Positions 14,762 through 26,346 of a stretch of DNA of 64,000 nt are shown piece after piece; positions within the stretch are counted from its first letter, which is position 1; every line of letters begins with the position of its first letter. Source of the stretch: Daphnia carinata (taxonomy: Eukaryota); contig NC_081333.1 of the NCBI RefSeq assembly GCF_022539665.2, positions 1,612,001 through 1,676,000 on the forward strand. Direction: 5' to 3'. A model generated the notes under the pieces. That model was given only the letters and a program-made list of their open reading frames with translations, was not told the DNA's origin and ran no database searches. The position numbers and the translations under genes are program-made.

Positions 14762-17700
14762 ATGGAGAACGCGAAGGCACCGAATACGTACGACGGTAAT
14801 TGGAATTTACTATAATTTCAACAATCCATATTCCTATGAATTTTGTTTATTTTAATTAATCTAGATTTTTTTGTATTAATTTTGATATCGATCCGTTAGT
14901 TTATATTACTAAGTTTGTAGTTTACAAATGTTTTATGGATTTCCCAAAACAACCAAACAAACATGCCATAGTATGACGGTGCTAAACATGTGGTTTGGTT
15001 TATCTTTCTAGAAATCGCTGCTCAAGTTCAGGAAATCCAATCAAGGAGCAAGGTAGATATATCTGAAAAAGATCGGATCGGGTTTGGCGAATCAGGCATT
15101 TTTGATTCAGAAATCTATGGTGAAGTTCAAAGTCGATTTGATGGATATGTGACTTCAATTGCAACAAATGATGAAGTTGAAGAAGAAGACTATGATGGAG
15201 GAGTTACAACTGGAGGGCGCCAAACCTTTACAGCTCCCGCTGCCATACTCAATGAAGTGGCAGGAGAAGATTTTGACCCATTTGCTGAGCATCGACGACC
15301 AACTATTGCAGACAGGGAAGATGAATATAGAGCAAAACGAAGGAAGATGGTTATTTCACCGGAGCGTGTTGATCCCTTTGCTGAAGGTAAATCAAATTTT
15401 ATTTGATCCATGCTGTTTTTGATCATGTAAATGTTAGAAATTCCCATTGTGGTGAAATTGTTGGGATTTCATTCCTTGTGGTTAAGCTTAAGTGATACTT
15501 TATTATTAAGTAAACTTTTTTTGTTTATTTGCATTCTCATCGTGATCCATTGGCAAATTAAAAGGTGCCATAACCACCAGTTAAGTTAAGAGCTCTTGGA
15601 GGTGAGTAATCTAAGGCTCTCAAAGGGAATAATTACACGAAACTGTTAAGAATGCGAGAAGCCAATATTAACCTAGAACAAGCTACTTGATTATATAGGT
15701 GGATTGTTCACTTGTGGGCCAGGAGCTGTTCTGCTCAATTCCCCTTCCGTAACCATCATCACGTATGTATTTGTAACTTCTTGTGGGCGATGGGACCATT
15801 TGGAGTGTTAACTACTCCGTCGTCCACAAGGGGTTAGGTCACGGTTGGCCGTTTTTTCTTTGACATTTTAATTGGGATCGAAACCTTCCCCGGAATTTGA
15901 CTTACAATCCATTTTTGTCTTTCTTTATATTGCTATTCTGTGCAGGCGGTAAAACTCCAGACGTAGGGTCTCGCACGTACGCACACATCATTCGTGAACA
16001 GCAGTTGCGCGCAGAAGAACAAGAGGTAAAGATAGTAGCTAACCATAGCAGCATTGGTCAGAAATTGAAGCTTTGTTTTGGTTATCAGGTTCGGCGTAAG
16101 CTTGCTGACAAGGCCAAGGATGGTACTTTGAAAGCTGTATCAATCCCATCAAATGGCGAAGGAACCGAAGCACCAAGGAAACGTGCGGCGCGCTGGGACC
16201 AAACAGGTGAAGGCGATACAGGTCCAGCGGCCACTCCAGTTGTTGCACCAACAGTTCCAACGGTTAAGAAGAAGACTTGGGAAGTTGAAACGCCAGCCGT
16301 AGCTCGTTGGGATGAAACACCTGCGCGCTCTAAGGGTTCAGAAACGCCAGCAGCCGGAGGAGTCACACCTGGAAGTCGTTTGTGGGATGCTACGCCGGGG
16401 CATGACGATTCGCGCAAAAGGAATCGTTGGGATGAAACACCTAAAACAGAAAGAGCTGGAGAATTCACCCCCGGTTTTGGTTCCGGTTGGGCCGAAACAC
16501 CCAGGACAGACCGCGGTGGGGACACAATTCAGGAGACACCTACTCCGTCGGCATCAAAACGTCGCAGTCGTTGGGATGAAACACCAGCCAATTCCAGTGC
16601 TACACCGTCCGGTGGAATGACCCCACAAACTCCTTCGTTATCTGGAGCCATGACTCCAAGAATGACCCCTGGTGGAGCTACCCCCATCGGACAAAAAGCA
16701 ATGGCCATGGCCACCCCGACCCCCGGTCATCTTGTTACAATGACTCCGGAGCAACTTCAGGTAACATTAATTGTCGTTTTGCTTGTGAAATGTTAAAATT
16801 TTAATATTGACCAAATAAGGCTTACCGGTGGGAGAGAGAAATCGATGAAAGAAACCGCCCGATTGGGGACGATGAACTGGATGGCATGTTTCCTGAAGGT
16901 TACAAAGTTTTGCCTCCACCAGCTGGATACATTCCTCTGCGCACTCCCGCCCGCAAGTTGACTGCGACTCCCACACCATTAGCTGGTGCCAACTCTGGTT
17001 TTTATATGCAGCAAGAAGATAAAACTGCATCGAAATATATGGATACACAACCCAAAGGAGGAAATTTGCCATTTTTGAAACCAGAAGATGCACAGTATTT
17101 CGATAAGCTCTTGGTAAGTATTATTGTTACCTGATCAATTATAAAGTACAGTTTAATAGATCTTTTGGAATTTACAGATCGATGTTGACGAAGATTCGTT
17201 AAGTCCAGAGGAACTAAAAGAACGAAAAATTATGACCCTTCTTCTGAAAATTAAAAATGGCACACCGCCCATGCGTAAATCAGCGCTTCGACAAATCACG
17301 GATAAGGTAAACTATTCTTGTGTATGGGCTAAAAGAAAAGCTATTCATCTGGCTGACTTTCATTCTACAGGCTAGGGAATTCGGTGCGGGACCACTTTTC
17401 AACCAAATTCTTCCCCTACTGATGTCTCCAACTCTCGAAGATCAAGAGCGACATTTGCTTGTGAAAGTTATTGACCGTATTTTGTACAAATTGGATGACT
17501 TGGTCCGCCCTTACGTCCACAAAATTCTCGTCGTCATTGAACCACTTCTGATTGACGAAGACTATTACGCCCGTGTCGAAGGCCGAGAGATTATTTCCAA
17601 CTTGGCTAAAGCAGCTGGTCTAGCCACTATGATTTCTACTATGAGACCAGATATCGATAATATCGATGAATACGTGCGTAACACGACAGCAAGAGCTTTT

Positions 17701-20249
17701 GCAGTAGTAGCTTCTGCTTTAGGAATTCCTTCACTACTTCCGTTCCTTAAGGTAAATTTTTTTTTCTTTCACATTGTACCGAACCGACCAAAAACAAAAT
17801 TTTCTTTTCAATCTAGGCTGTATGTAAGAGTAAGAAGTCTTGGCAAGCACGCCACACTGGCATCAAAATTGTTCAGCAAATTGCCATTCTGATGGGCTGT
17901 GCCATCTTACCTCACCTGCGAAATTTGGTCGAGATCATTGAACATGGCTTGGTGGATGAGCAGCAGAAGGTTCGTACCATAACGGCTTTGTCGATTGCCG
18001 CGTTGGCCGAAGCCGCTACCCCGTACGGTATTGAGAGCTTTGACTCCGTGCTAAAACCTCTTTGGAAAGGTATACGAACCCATCGTGGTAAAGGATTGGC
18101 TGCTTTCCTTAAGGTATCTTTGGTCTAATGTAACCGATGTTTGCCAAAAAAGTTTCCTATAGCAATTTTATTAATAGGCCATTGGTTACTTGATTCCACT
18201 CATGGATGCGGAATATGCCAATTATTACACTCGTGAAGTGATGTTGATTTTAATTCGTGAGTTTCAGTCACCTGACGAGGAAATGAAAAAAATTGTGCTT
18301 AAAGTGGTGAAACAGTGTTGCGCGACTGATGGTGTTGAACCCCAATACATCAAGACGGAAATTCTACCACACTTCTTCAAGAGTTTCTGGAATCACAGGA
18401 TGGCGTTAGACAGACGTAATTATCGACAACTAGTTGACACGACAGTAGAAATTGCCAATCGTGTTGGTGCAGCTGAAATTATCGGTCGTGTGGTTGATGA
18501 TTTGAAGGTATTACAGAGCACTTCGAAATTGAAATATCGAAAAAACTAAACCATACATTTTTTGCAAGGATGAAAATGAACAATATCGTAAAATGGTCAT
18601 GGAAACCGTAGAGAAGATCATGGGTAACCTTGGTGCCGCTGATATTGACGCTCGCTTGGAAGAGCAGCTCATAGACGGCATTCTGTACGCCTTCCAGGAA
18701 CAGACGACAGAAGATGTAGTTATGTTGAATGGATTTGGTACAATAGTAAACTCACTCTCCAAAAGAGTGAAGCCGTACCTGCCACAAATTTGTGGTACTA
18801 TCTTATGGCGTTTAAACAACAAATCTGCGAAAGTAATATTGGGTCACTTAACTACTGGCGAAAACAATGTCAGGCTAACCATTTTCTTCATTTAGGTTAG
18901 ACAGCAAGCGGCAGATTTGATTAGCCGTATTGCTGCAGTTATGAAAACTTGTCAGGAAGAAAAACTTATGGGACATTTGGGAGTTGTTCTCTATGAATAC
19001 CTCGGCGAAGAATATCCCGAAGTTTTGGGTTCTATTCTGGCTGCCCTTAAAGCCATCGTTAACGTTATTGGAATGCACAAGATGACACCGCCAATCAAAG
19101 ACCTCCTTCCTCGATTGACACCGATCTTGAAGGTTCGTTTTAGAATTTATTACCTGTTTTTTTTTTTTTATTAAATTAAAGTCATGATTTATTTTTCAAT
19201 TTAGAATCGGCATGAAAAAGTGCAAGAGAATTGTATCGATTTAGTTGGGCGTATTGCCGATCGTGGACCAGAGTATGTTTCGGCCCGAGAATGGATGCGT
19301 ATCTGTTTCGAACTTCTGGAACTGCTAAAAGCTCACAAGAAAGCCATTCGACGGGCTACAGTCAACACCTTCGGTTATATCGCCAAAGCCATTGGTAAGA
19401 TCAAATGTGCTTTCGAGTCATCATCACTGTCAAAGGGACTTAAATTATAAACGATTTTAGGTCCACATGATGTACTGGCTACCCTTCTTAACAACCTGAA
19501 AGTACAAGAACGTCAGAACCGTGTCTGTACCACCGTTGCTATTGCCATTGTGGCCGAAACTTGTTCGCCATTCACTGTCCTTCCGGGTCTTATGAACGAG
19601 TATCGAGTTCCGGAGCTTAACGTTCAAAACGGTGTTCTGAAGTCAATGTCCTTTTTGTTCGAATATATCGGCGAAATGGGCAAAGATTACATTTACTCCG
19701 TTACTTCGCTTTTAGAAGACGCTTTGATGGATCGGTAATGTAGCTATTTTTTCTAATAAGTCATTCAGGTTGAATTCTAATTCGTTTTTGGGTTGATCAG
19801 AGATTTGGTTCATCGGCAAACTGCTTGTGCGGCTATCAAACACATGGCGTTGGGTGTTTTCGGCTTCGGTTGTGAAGACGCCCTGACCCATCTTCTGAAC
19901 TATGTTTGGCCCAACATTTTCGAAACTTCCCCACATTTGGTTCAAGCTTTTATGGATGCAGTTGAGGGTATGAGAGTAGCGCTGGGTCCAATAAAAGTTC
20001 TGCAGTACGCATTACAGGTAAACAAAAAAAAATTTTTTTTTACTTATAACATTCATGCTAATTATTCTTGAGTTTGTTTGGGATATTTAGGGTTTATTCC
20101 ATCCCGCACGGAAAGTTCGTGACGTATATTGGAAGATTTACAACTCACTTTACATTGGAGGTCAAGATTCTCTGGTGTGTGGGTACCCGCGAGTAGCCAA
20201 CGAAGGGAAGAATTCTTTTATCCGTTATGAACTCGATTATGTCTTGTAA
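14762..20249 (+). CDS. SF3B1: Splicing factor 3B subunit 1
   Basis: RWDETP/TP repeats, the p14-binding region and near-invariant HEAT repeats ([43 protein letters not shown]), ending [12 protein letters not shown]. Confidence 0.98.
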
Positions 20250-20413
20250 TTCTTTGCTGTACTACATTTTACACAAGTTTCATGTCCTGATTTAAAAAAT
20301 AAACTCACTTAAGCCGTCGGAATTTTTTAGTGTAAAATCCCTGTTATTTTTCAATTGTGTAATGTGTTGTCAAACTTTAGGTACAGTATTTAACATTACA
20401 ATTTAGCTAAATA

Positions 20414-21291
20414 TCATGACGTTGCAGATAACACCTGTGGCCTTTGACCCGTTACGGATGCAGGCCCGTAGCGTCTCCTCGCTTCTGTCAAAAAGGCCGT
20501 AACCATTTGCCTAACTACTTGATCAAAAAACATATGTGACAGCTGAGAATGGATCGCAGACCGAAATTCAAAGGATATAGAAAAATCCAAGAGGCAACTT
20601 TTGGGATTTTCCTTTAGTCCAGGGCTAAATTTCCAAATTGTTAGCAGATGATTGAAGAGTTTTCCTTCAGAGCACACAGATTTCACCAAATTTGGTGGGG
20701 TTAGCATGACACTACTTGTATAGCTTTCTACTAGCAATGGTGGAAAGCCAATGGCTAAATCAGCTCTAAGATGCCCAGGAGTTCTGGATGTGACTACAGA
20801 GCTCTTGCAGTATGGAACAAAATTTTTATACTTTTCAACTTCCGCAACAACATTGTACATTTGCTCCATTGAATATCTGTGAGATTCATTTTAGAATTCT
20901 ATCATAAAAAACATACTTAGTTTATGTTACCCTAGTAATCTTCTTTCAGAATAATCTTTTCTTTTATTTCCAATCTCTAGTCCACCAGGCAGCTTAATGA
21001 AGCCACGACTAGCCACAACTAGGTCAACTCTTCTATCACTAGAGTTCTTAGAAAGGATGGCTTCATGGTATGGTGTAGGACCTTGAATACATTGGATACC
21101 ATTACATTTACCTGCAACATTTCTGGATGAGAAGTTATTACACAATATGAAGCAAACAGAACAAGGAATGGCATCTATGCTATTTACCTGGCAAATGTAA
21201 TGTAATCCCTTTTAGGCGATAAGACTATCGTACTACCACGGCACGAAAACTTCAAGATGGCAATGAATGGCAACGGACAACTTGTCGGCAT
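20414..21291 (-). CDS. COQ10: Coenzyme Q-binding protein COQ10 (START domain), 3 exons
   Basis: [51 protein letters not shown] and FEFRS. The start at 21291 is inferred from phase-consistent splicing. Confidence 0.9.
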
Positions 21292-22560
21292 TTCCGATAA
21301 TTAAAATTAATAAAGACCCAGCAACATTTTTCTACACAATCCACCCACAATTCAACACAGTCGTTGAACAAATGCAGACGACTTCACAGTGATTCAGAAG
21401 TGAAAGTGGCTTCGGCATTGCCATTTGTTTCTATTCATTCAATGAATAACGATAAATTTATGTAAGTATTTAAAACAACAAATTCATAAGGTACTTCTGC
21501 AGTAAATCAGTGGTATAGTGGTCTATTTCATGATTCTGCTGGTATGTGAAAATGAACCATTAATCGCAAATGTTTTCGGCTAGCAGAACAGGGCTAAATG
21601 CCAACGTCACAGAGTCACAGAGGTCACATTCTCATAGACCAAGTGATATATCCCAGTATTTGAATTGAAAAACACAACACGAAGGGAAAAAAAGAGATTA
21701 ATAACCATCGCTGCAGGCTCCCTGCGTAATCTAACATGATAACACAGAAGAAGCAATGGCCACTGGACGGGTATTGACATACATTAAGTCCATATAATCC
21801 CGTTATGCTCACAGCCATTTTGTCTTCCAGTCAGCTTTCAAAACGTCGTTCGCTTCAGTCGGTAAGTTGTCTTTTCCAGTTTCGTTTTAGGCAGTTATAT
21901 TATTAAGCCGTTTGACATGCACATCTTTTTTATACCGAGGCCAGGCTTCAGATGTCCTTTTTCGTTTTAAAAAAAAGTTAATACAAAAAATTAGTAACAA
22001 AAAAATTAATGAAATAAAACTGTACCTCAAGCTTCGAGCCACATGCAAAAAAAAAGTTCAGACGCCAAATTACACTGTTGTTTATTAAAGCCAACAAACT
22101 TGTGATATTTTAACAGATGGTAGAGTTATTATATCATAAGCTATAAGTTATCATCATATTGTATAATTTTATGTTCAACTGGTAGGTTGTGCATACACAT
22201 TATACAATTAGTATTCAAAGCCAGCCATATCCATTTTTGTGCAAGTTAAAATTTTCTCCCGATATAAAATGCAATAATTTTGAGCATGACGCCAATTTCG
22301 AATTAAATCCCAATCGTTGTCCAAATTCACCCGTAGTGAATTTGATGAGCACTTCAGTATCTTATAGTTTATGTGATTACAGACAACCGAAAAAATAGCA
22401 GAACTTTTGTTCCGCCAAGGATGTAGAGAAGTAGTTTTAACGGGAGTATAACTGCATTATACAATACTGTGTTGATCACTGCACATTCTGTATTCATTCT
22501 CTTATATTTGAACAGATTTTTGAGCAAAATAAAACGGTTTATTGGCCGTCGTCTGCAAAG

Positions 22561-23168
22561 ATGGGAGACAACCATCAAGAATCTGTAAAATACGATCTTC
22601 TAGGTATAGCGTATTGGTCTTACAATTTCTTTAATCTATGACGCCTTACTACTACTCATTTTTCAGATTCCTCGGTTAAAACTATTATTAACAAGGCTCA
22701 GGCCATTAGAGAAAAAGCATATTGCCCTTACAGCAAATTTGCAGTGGGCGCGGCACTGTTGTGTGAAGATGGAACTATAGTTGATGGCTGCAATGTTGAA
22801 AATGTTTCATATGGCTTGACAATATGTGCAGAAAGAGCTGCCATTTGTAAAGCTATTTCCCAAGAACAGAAATCTTTCAAATGCATAGCCATTTGCGCTG
22901 AGATGGAAGACTACTTTGTCAGTCCTTGTGGAGCTTGTCGGCAGGTAAACATCTGTTTATAAGAAGTAGAAAATAAATCGCTACATTACGTGCCAACAAA
23001 TCACAAAACATTCTTTCTATTCATCGTTTTCTCGTCAAGGTTCTAGCCGAATTCAACACTGGCATGGAAGTCTACTTGTGCAAACCAAATAACGACATTG
23101 TAAAGACTTCGGTGACGAAGTTGCTACCACTCTCATTTACACCAAACTGGGTTTCGTTTTCCACATGA
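22561..23168 (+). CDS. CDA: Cytidine deaminase (homotetrameric type), paralogue 1; exons 22561-22603, 22667-22944, 23040-23168
   Basis: AYCPYSKFAVGAA, GCNVENVSYGLTICAER and PCGACRQVLAEF zinc/catalytic motifs, plus LLPLSF. The frame is intact across GT-AG introns. Confidence 0.93.
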
Positions 23169-23189
23169 TTCTCCTCGTTTTCCACATGA
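23154..23189 (+). repeat. 15-bp direct duplication covering the CDA1 stop codon
   Basis: TCGTTTTCCACATGA occurs at 23154-23168 and again at 23175-23189. Confidence 0.85.
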
Positions 23190-25140
23190 ACCCCAAAATG
23201 TCACTATTTTTGTCCAAAAATATCATAAAAATGACATTATCATACCACTTTTAAAGGATTTTATTACCCTAGATTCTGTCAGTTACCAGAGAACACCAGG
23301 AAACATTTGGCTAAGAAGAAATCCAATCGTTCTGAGATAAGAGATTTTTGGCAGAACTATTTATGATTATAAACTCGCATCGGGACAAATTTTGGAGTTC
23401 ATCAATGTTTTTTCAAGTTTTGGCGTTTGTTGCTGATGCACGCAAACGAATGTTGCTGTGTAGCTCAAAATAGCGGAATTAGGCAAGTATTTATCAGGTA
23501 AAACAGGTTGCCGTCAGAGATGGTTGCCGTAGTCAAATGGCGTCCCGTACTTGGCTACCAGGAAATGGCAACCGGTTTTATCTCATTTTGTCCTTCTTTT
23601 TCCATTCGCTTTTCCCCCAGGGAGAAAACAGATTTTGGGCATTTCCTATAGTTTGGTTTGCCATTTATTAATTATCTGTTTCCTTCCTTGTAACTAAATC
23701 TTAATTAAACCACAGACAGCTGTAGGCTGTATTAAAAATGTAAGCCTCGAAACGGTACTGATAGATGGCATTGCTCAGGATAACATCTATCTCCACAAGA
23801 GGCGCTAAAAACTGTTGTACGGCAGGTAGCGTTAGAAACAGCATACCAGGCGTAAGCGAGGCGCTTGTTGTTTTATGTTTAGGAAGGTGTTTAGTTTTGC
23901 AATTTCTGGAGGTGGATGGCGAGAAATTTCCCAGCTTTTAATTAGGTGTCTACCACACACATTTTAGAATCAGATATAGATTAAGTTTCATGCTTCGTAA
24001 AATAATAAATTGGCTTAAATACCGCAAACGAAGTAGTAAGATGTATTTAATTTTTTTACAGGTTGCATCATTTGTACTCTAGATTCCGTGATCCATGCCA
24101 TATGGTCTGCAATTGTATCCTGTGATATTTGTTACATCCAGATATTTGAGTTATGAAGCTGTTTGCTTTGGGTAAATTCATTCTGTAGAAAGTGCTGGAT
24201 GGTAAATGTGCTTTGGAATTGACTTAAGCTACTGAAGGTCTATCTTTTAGTAACTCCTGTAGTATTATGGTGAAGCAATTTTATAAAATATTTCTCTTTG
24301 ACACAACATTTAAAATGGCTGAACCTATTTGCAGTAAATCTTGTTTCCAACAAAATAGTTGATTACAGTATTTTATGCTACACAGAAGATGTGATTGAAT
24401 TCATCGCTGACCAAGGTACCCTGTACACTCCTAGAATATCAAGAACTACTGTTGAGGTTGATTTGGAGTCTGGTTGGTTACTACTGAAAGCATTAATAAT
24501 TCTAAAATAGCAATCTTTAGTAAACAGACTTCACTCCGTGACAATCATATGCAACATGCAAGTTAAAGAAAACATTTTCTTAAAATGTTTTATTTTTGGT
24601 TAAAAAAGGTAGTACTACATAGAGCAAAGCAATTGAGCAAATAAGTCCAGTAATATGTTTATAAATTAAAAGCTCTGGTGTGGTGTGAACCATTTCTTTG
24701 TTCTCATGCCTTGAACTAAATTTTTTTATTTAATCACACTATATGTATTTCAAGGGAAAATTGCTGCCTGACTGTAAACTACAACTATTGCGACCGTTTC
24801 AAATTCTGCCATATCTATGGTTCTTGTTTTTCTTCATCTCATATCCAAAGTAGAGTGCGATAAAAGTCATTAGCTACGGAAAGCTTTTTTCCGAGCCATA
24901 ATTTGAAATATTTCAATCACTCAGTTTATCCGATTATTTACGCGAATCCGTCCCGTCTTCCAGTTCAGTGGAAATTGTTTCTGGTCTAATCTTCGAAATA
25001 GAGTTGTGTTTGTGTCCTAATTCAACTTTTTATTGCCATTTTTTTCCGTTTTGCTCTTTTTTCCTTATTGTTATTTAGATGGCTGTTATACGGATAAGAA
25101 AAGCAATCGCCGAACACCAAGACGGACGGCAAGACGTCAT

Positions 25141-25180
25141 AGATCATAAAAATAACCAGATCATAAAAATAACCAGATCA
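25141..25180. repeat. 17-bp tandem repeat, about 2.3 copies
   Basis: AGATCATAAAAATAACC twice, followed by AGATCA. Confidence 0.85.
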
Positions 25181-26346
25181 CCACCTACGAGTGTCTATTT
25201 GTAACGAATGCATTCATCTCCTGCGTTGATAACTGCGCCATAAGTATGACATGTGAAGATTGGTCAATACAAAATTTTAAACTTGTAACGAAACCTGAAG
25301 CATTACATCCATATTATGGCCTACAGTTAAGGCCGACAAATTGTTCAAAGTCATAGTTCAATCCATATTGAAACCCAAGGAGCCATACATAGAATCTCTG
25401 CCAAAAAAGTCAAGTATCACTTTCTTGACTCCGCGCACAGTTTGGGATTGTGTGCGCAGCATGTGTCAATTACGTGACAACAGAAAATATCAAAATCGCA
25501 TATTTTGCCTTTAACTCATTAGTTCCAGTCGCAAACTTTGCGGGACTTACGAATGTCTAATTCCTTTTGCTAAGCACTTTGTTTTTCTGGAGTTGTTCAG
25601 TTCAGTGGTGTTAACGGGAAAGTTGCATACAAAGCATTCTAACTTATCATCAAATCAGTCGTTCAACGTGATTGCAGGTAAAGTTTCCTGTATGCCTATT
25701 GAAATAGGTTTAACAGAAAGTTGTTGGATTAAAACCCATAGGATTGAACGTTACCGTCGTCTGCATGTCAGCCATTTTACCTGTGTGAACATGGAAACCA
25801 TTTTGCTCAGTGGTTATTGAAATTTTTCCCGTTGTTTTGTGCATCTATACCAAGCAAGTAGTAACAAAGAACCATTATTTTCATCTAGGCATTATTTTTT
25901 TGCTTATTTGTTAGACCTAAGCAAGTGGAAGCCTAGTATGGTAACTAGTGATGACAAGTAGAACAGCAGATAGCATACCTTTAATGCCCACAATGTGCTT
26001 TGGTAGATGTATTCTTATGCTTTTGGAGTTTACTGTCTCGCAGTTCTTCGACAGAACACTACAGAAACACTTGGGGAATCAAATGCTGGAGACTTTGCAA
26101 TGAACCTCTCATGTAGGATCATGTATTGACTCTAAACGATTGGCTGGACTGTTTTAAGCTCACTTCCACTAGTTCAGCTCTTAGGATTTAAGACATTTGC
26201 CTTTATTCATCTTTCTCCTTCATTGTTTTCAATATCGTAACTTTTATGTTTATTAGATATATTGTTATTGGTTTCCTTCAACCTCATTTTTGGTTTGATT
26301 TCTTTAGATCTGCTACGTAGGCCCAACAAGAAACAGAGCCCTAATT

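Noticed and set aside
16085..16714. Long antisense ORFs over SF3B1 (and similar ones over mTOR, ADSS and AIMP1)
   Set aside because: They are shadow frames of the real coding exons and show no independent signals.
17660..17990. SF3B1 cancer-hotspot positions (R625, H662, K666, K700 equivalents) checked for natural substitutions
   Set aside because: All show the canonical residues.
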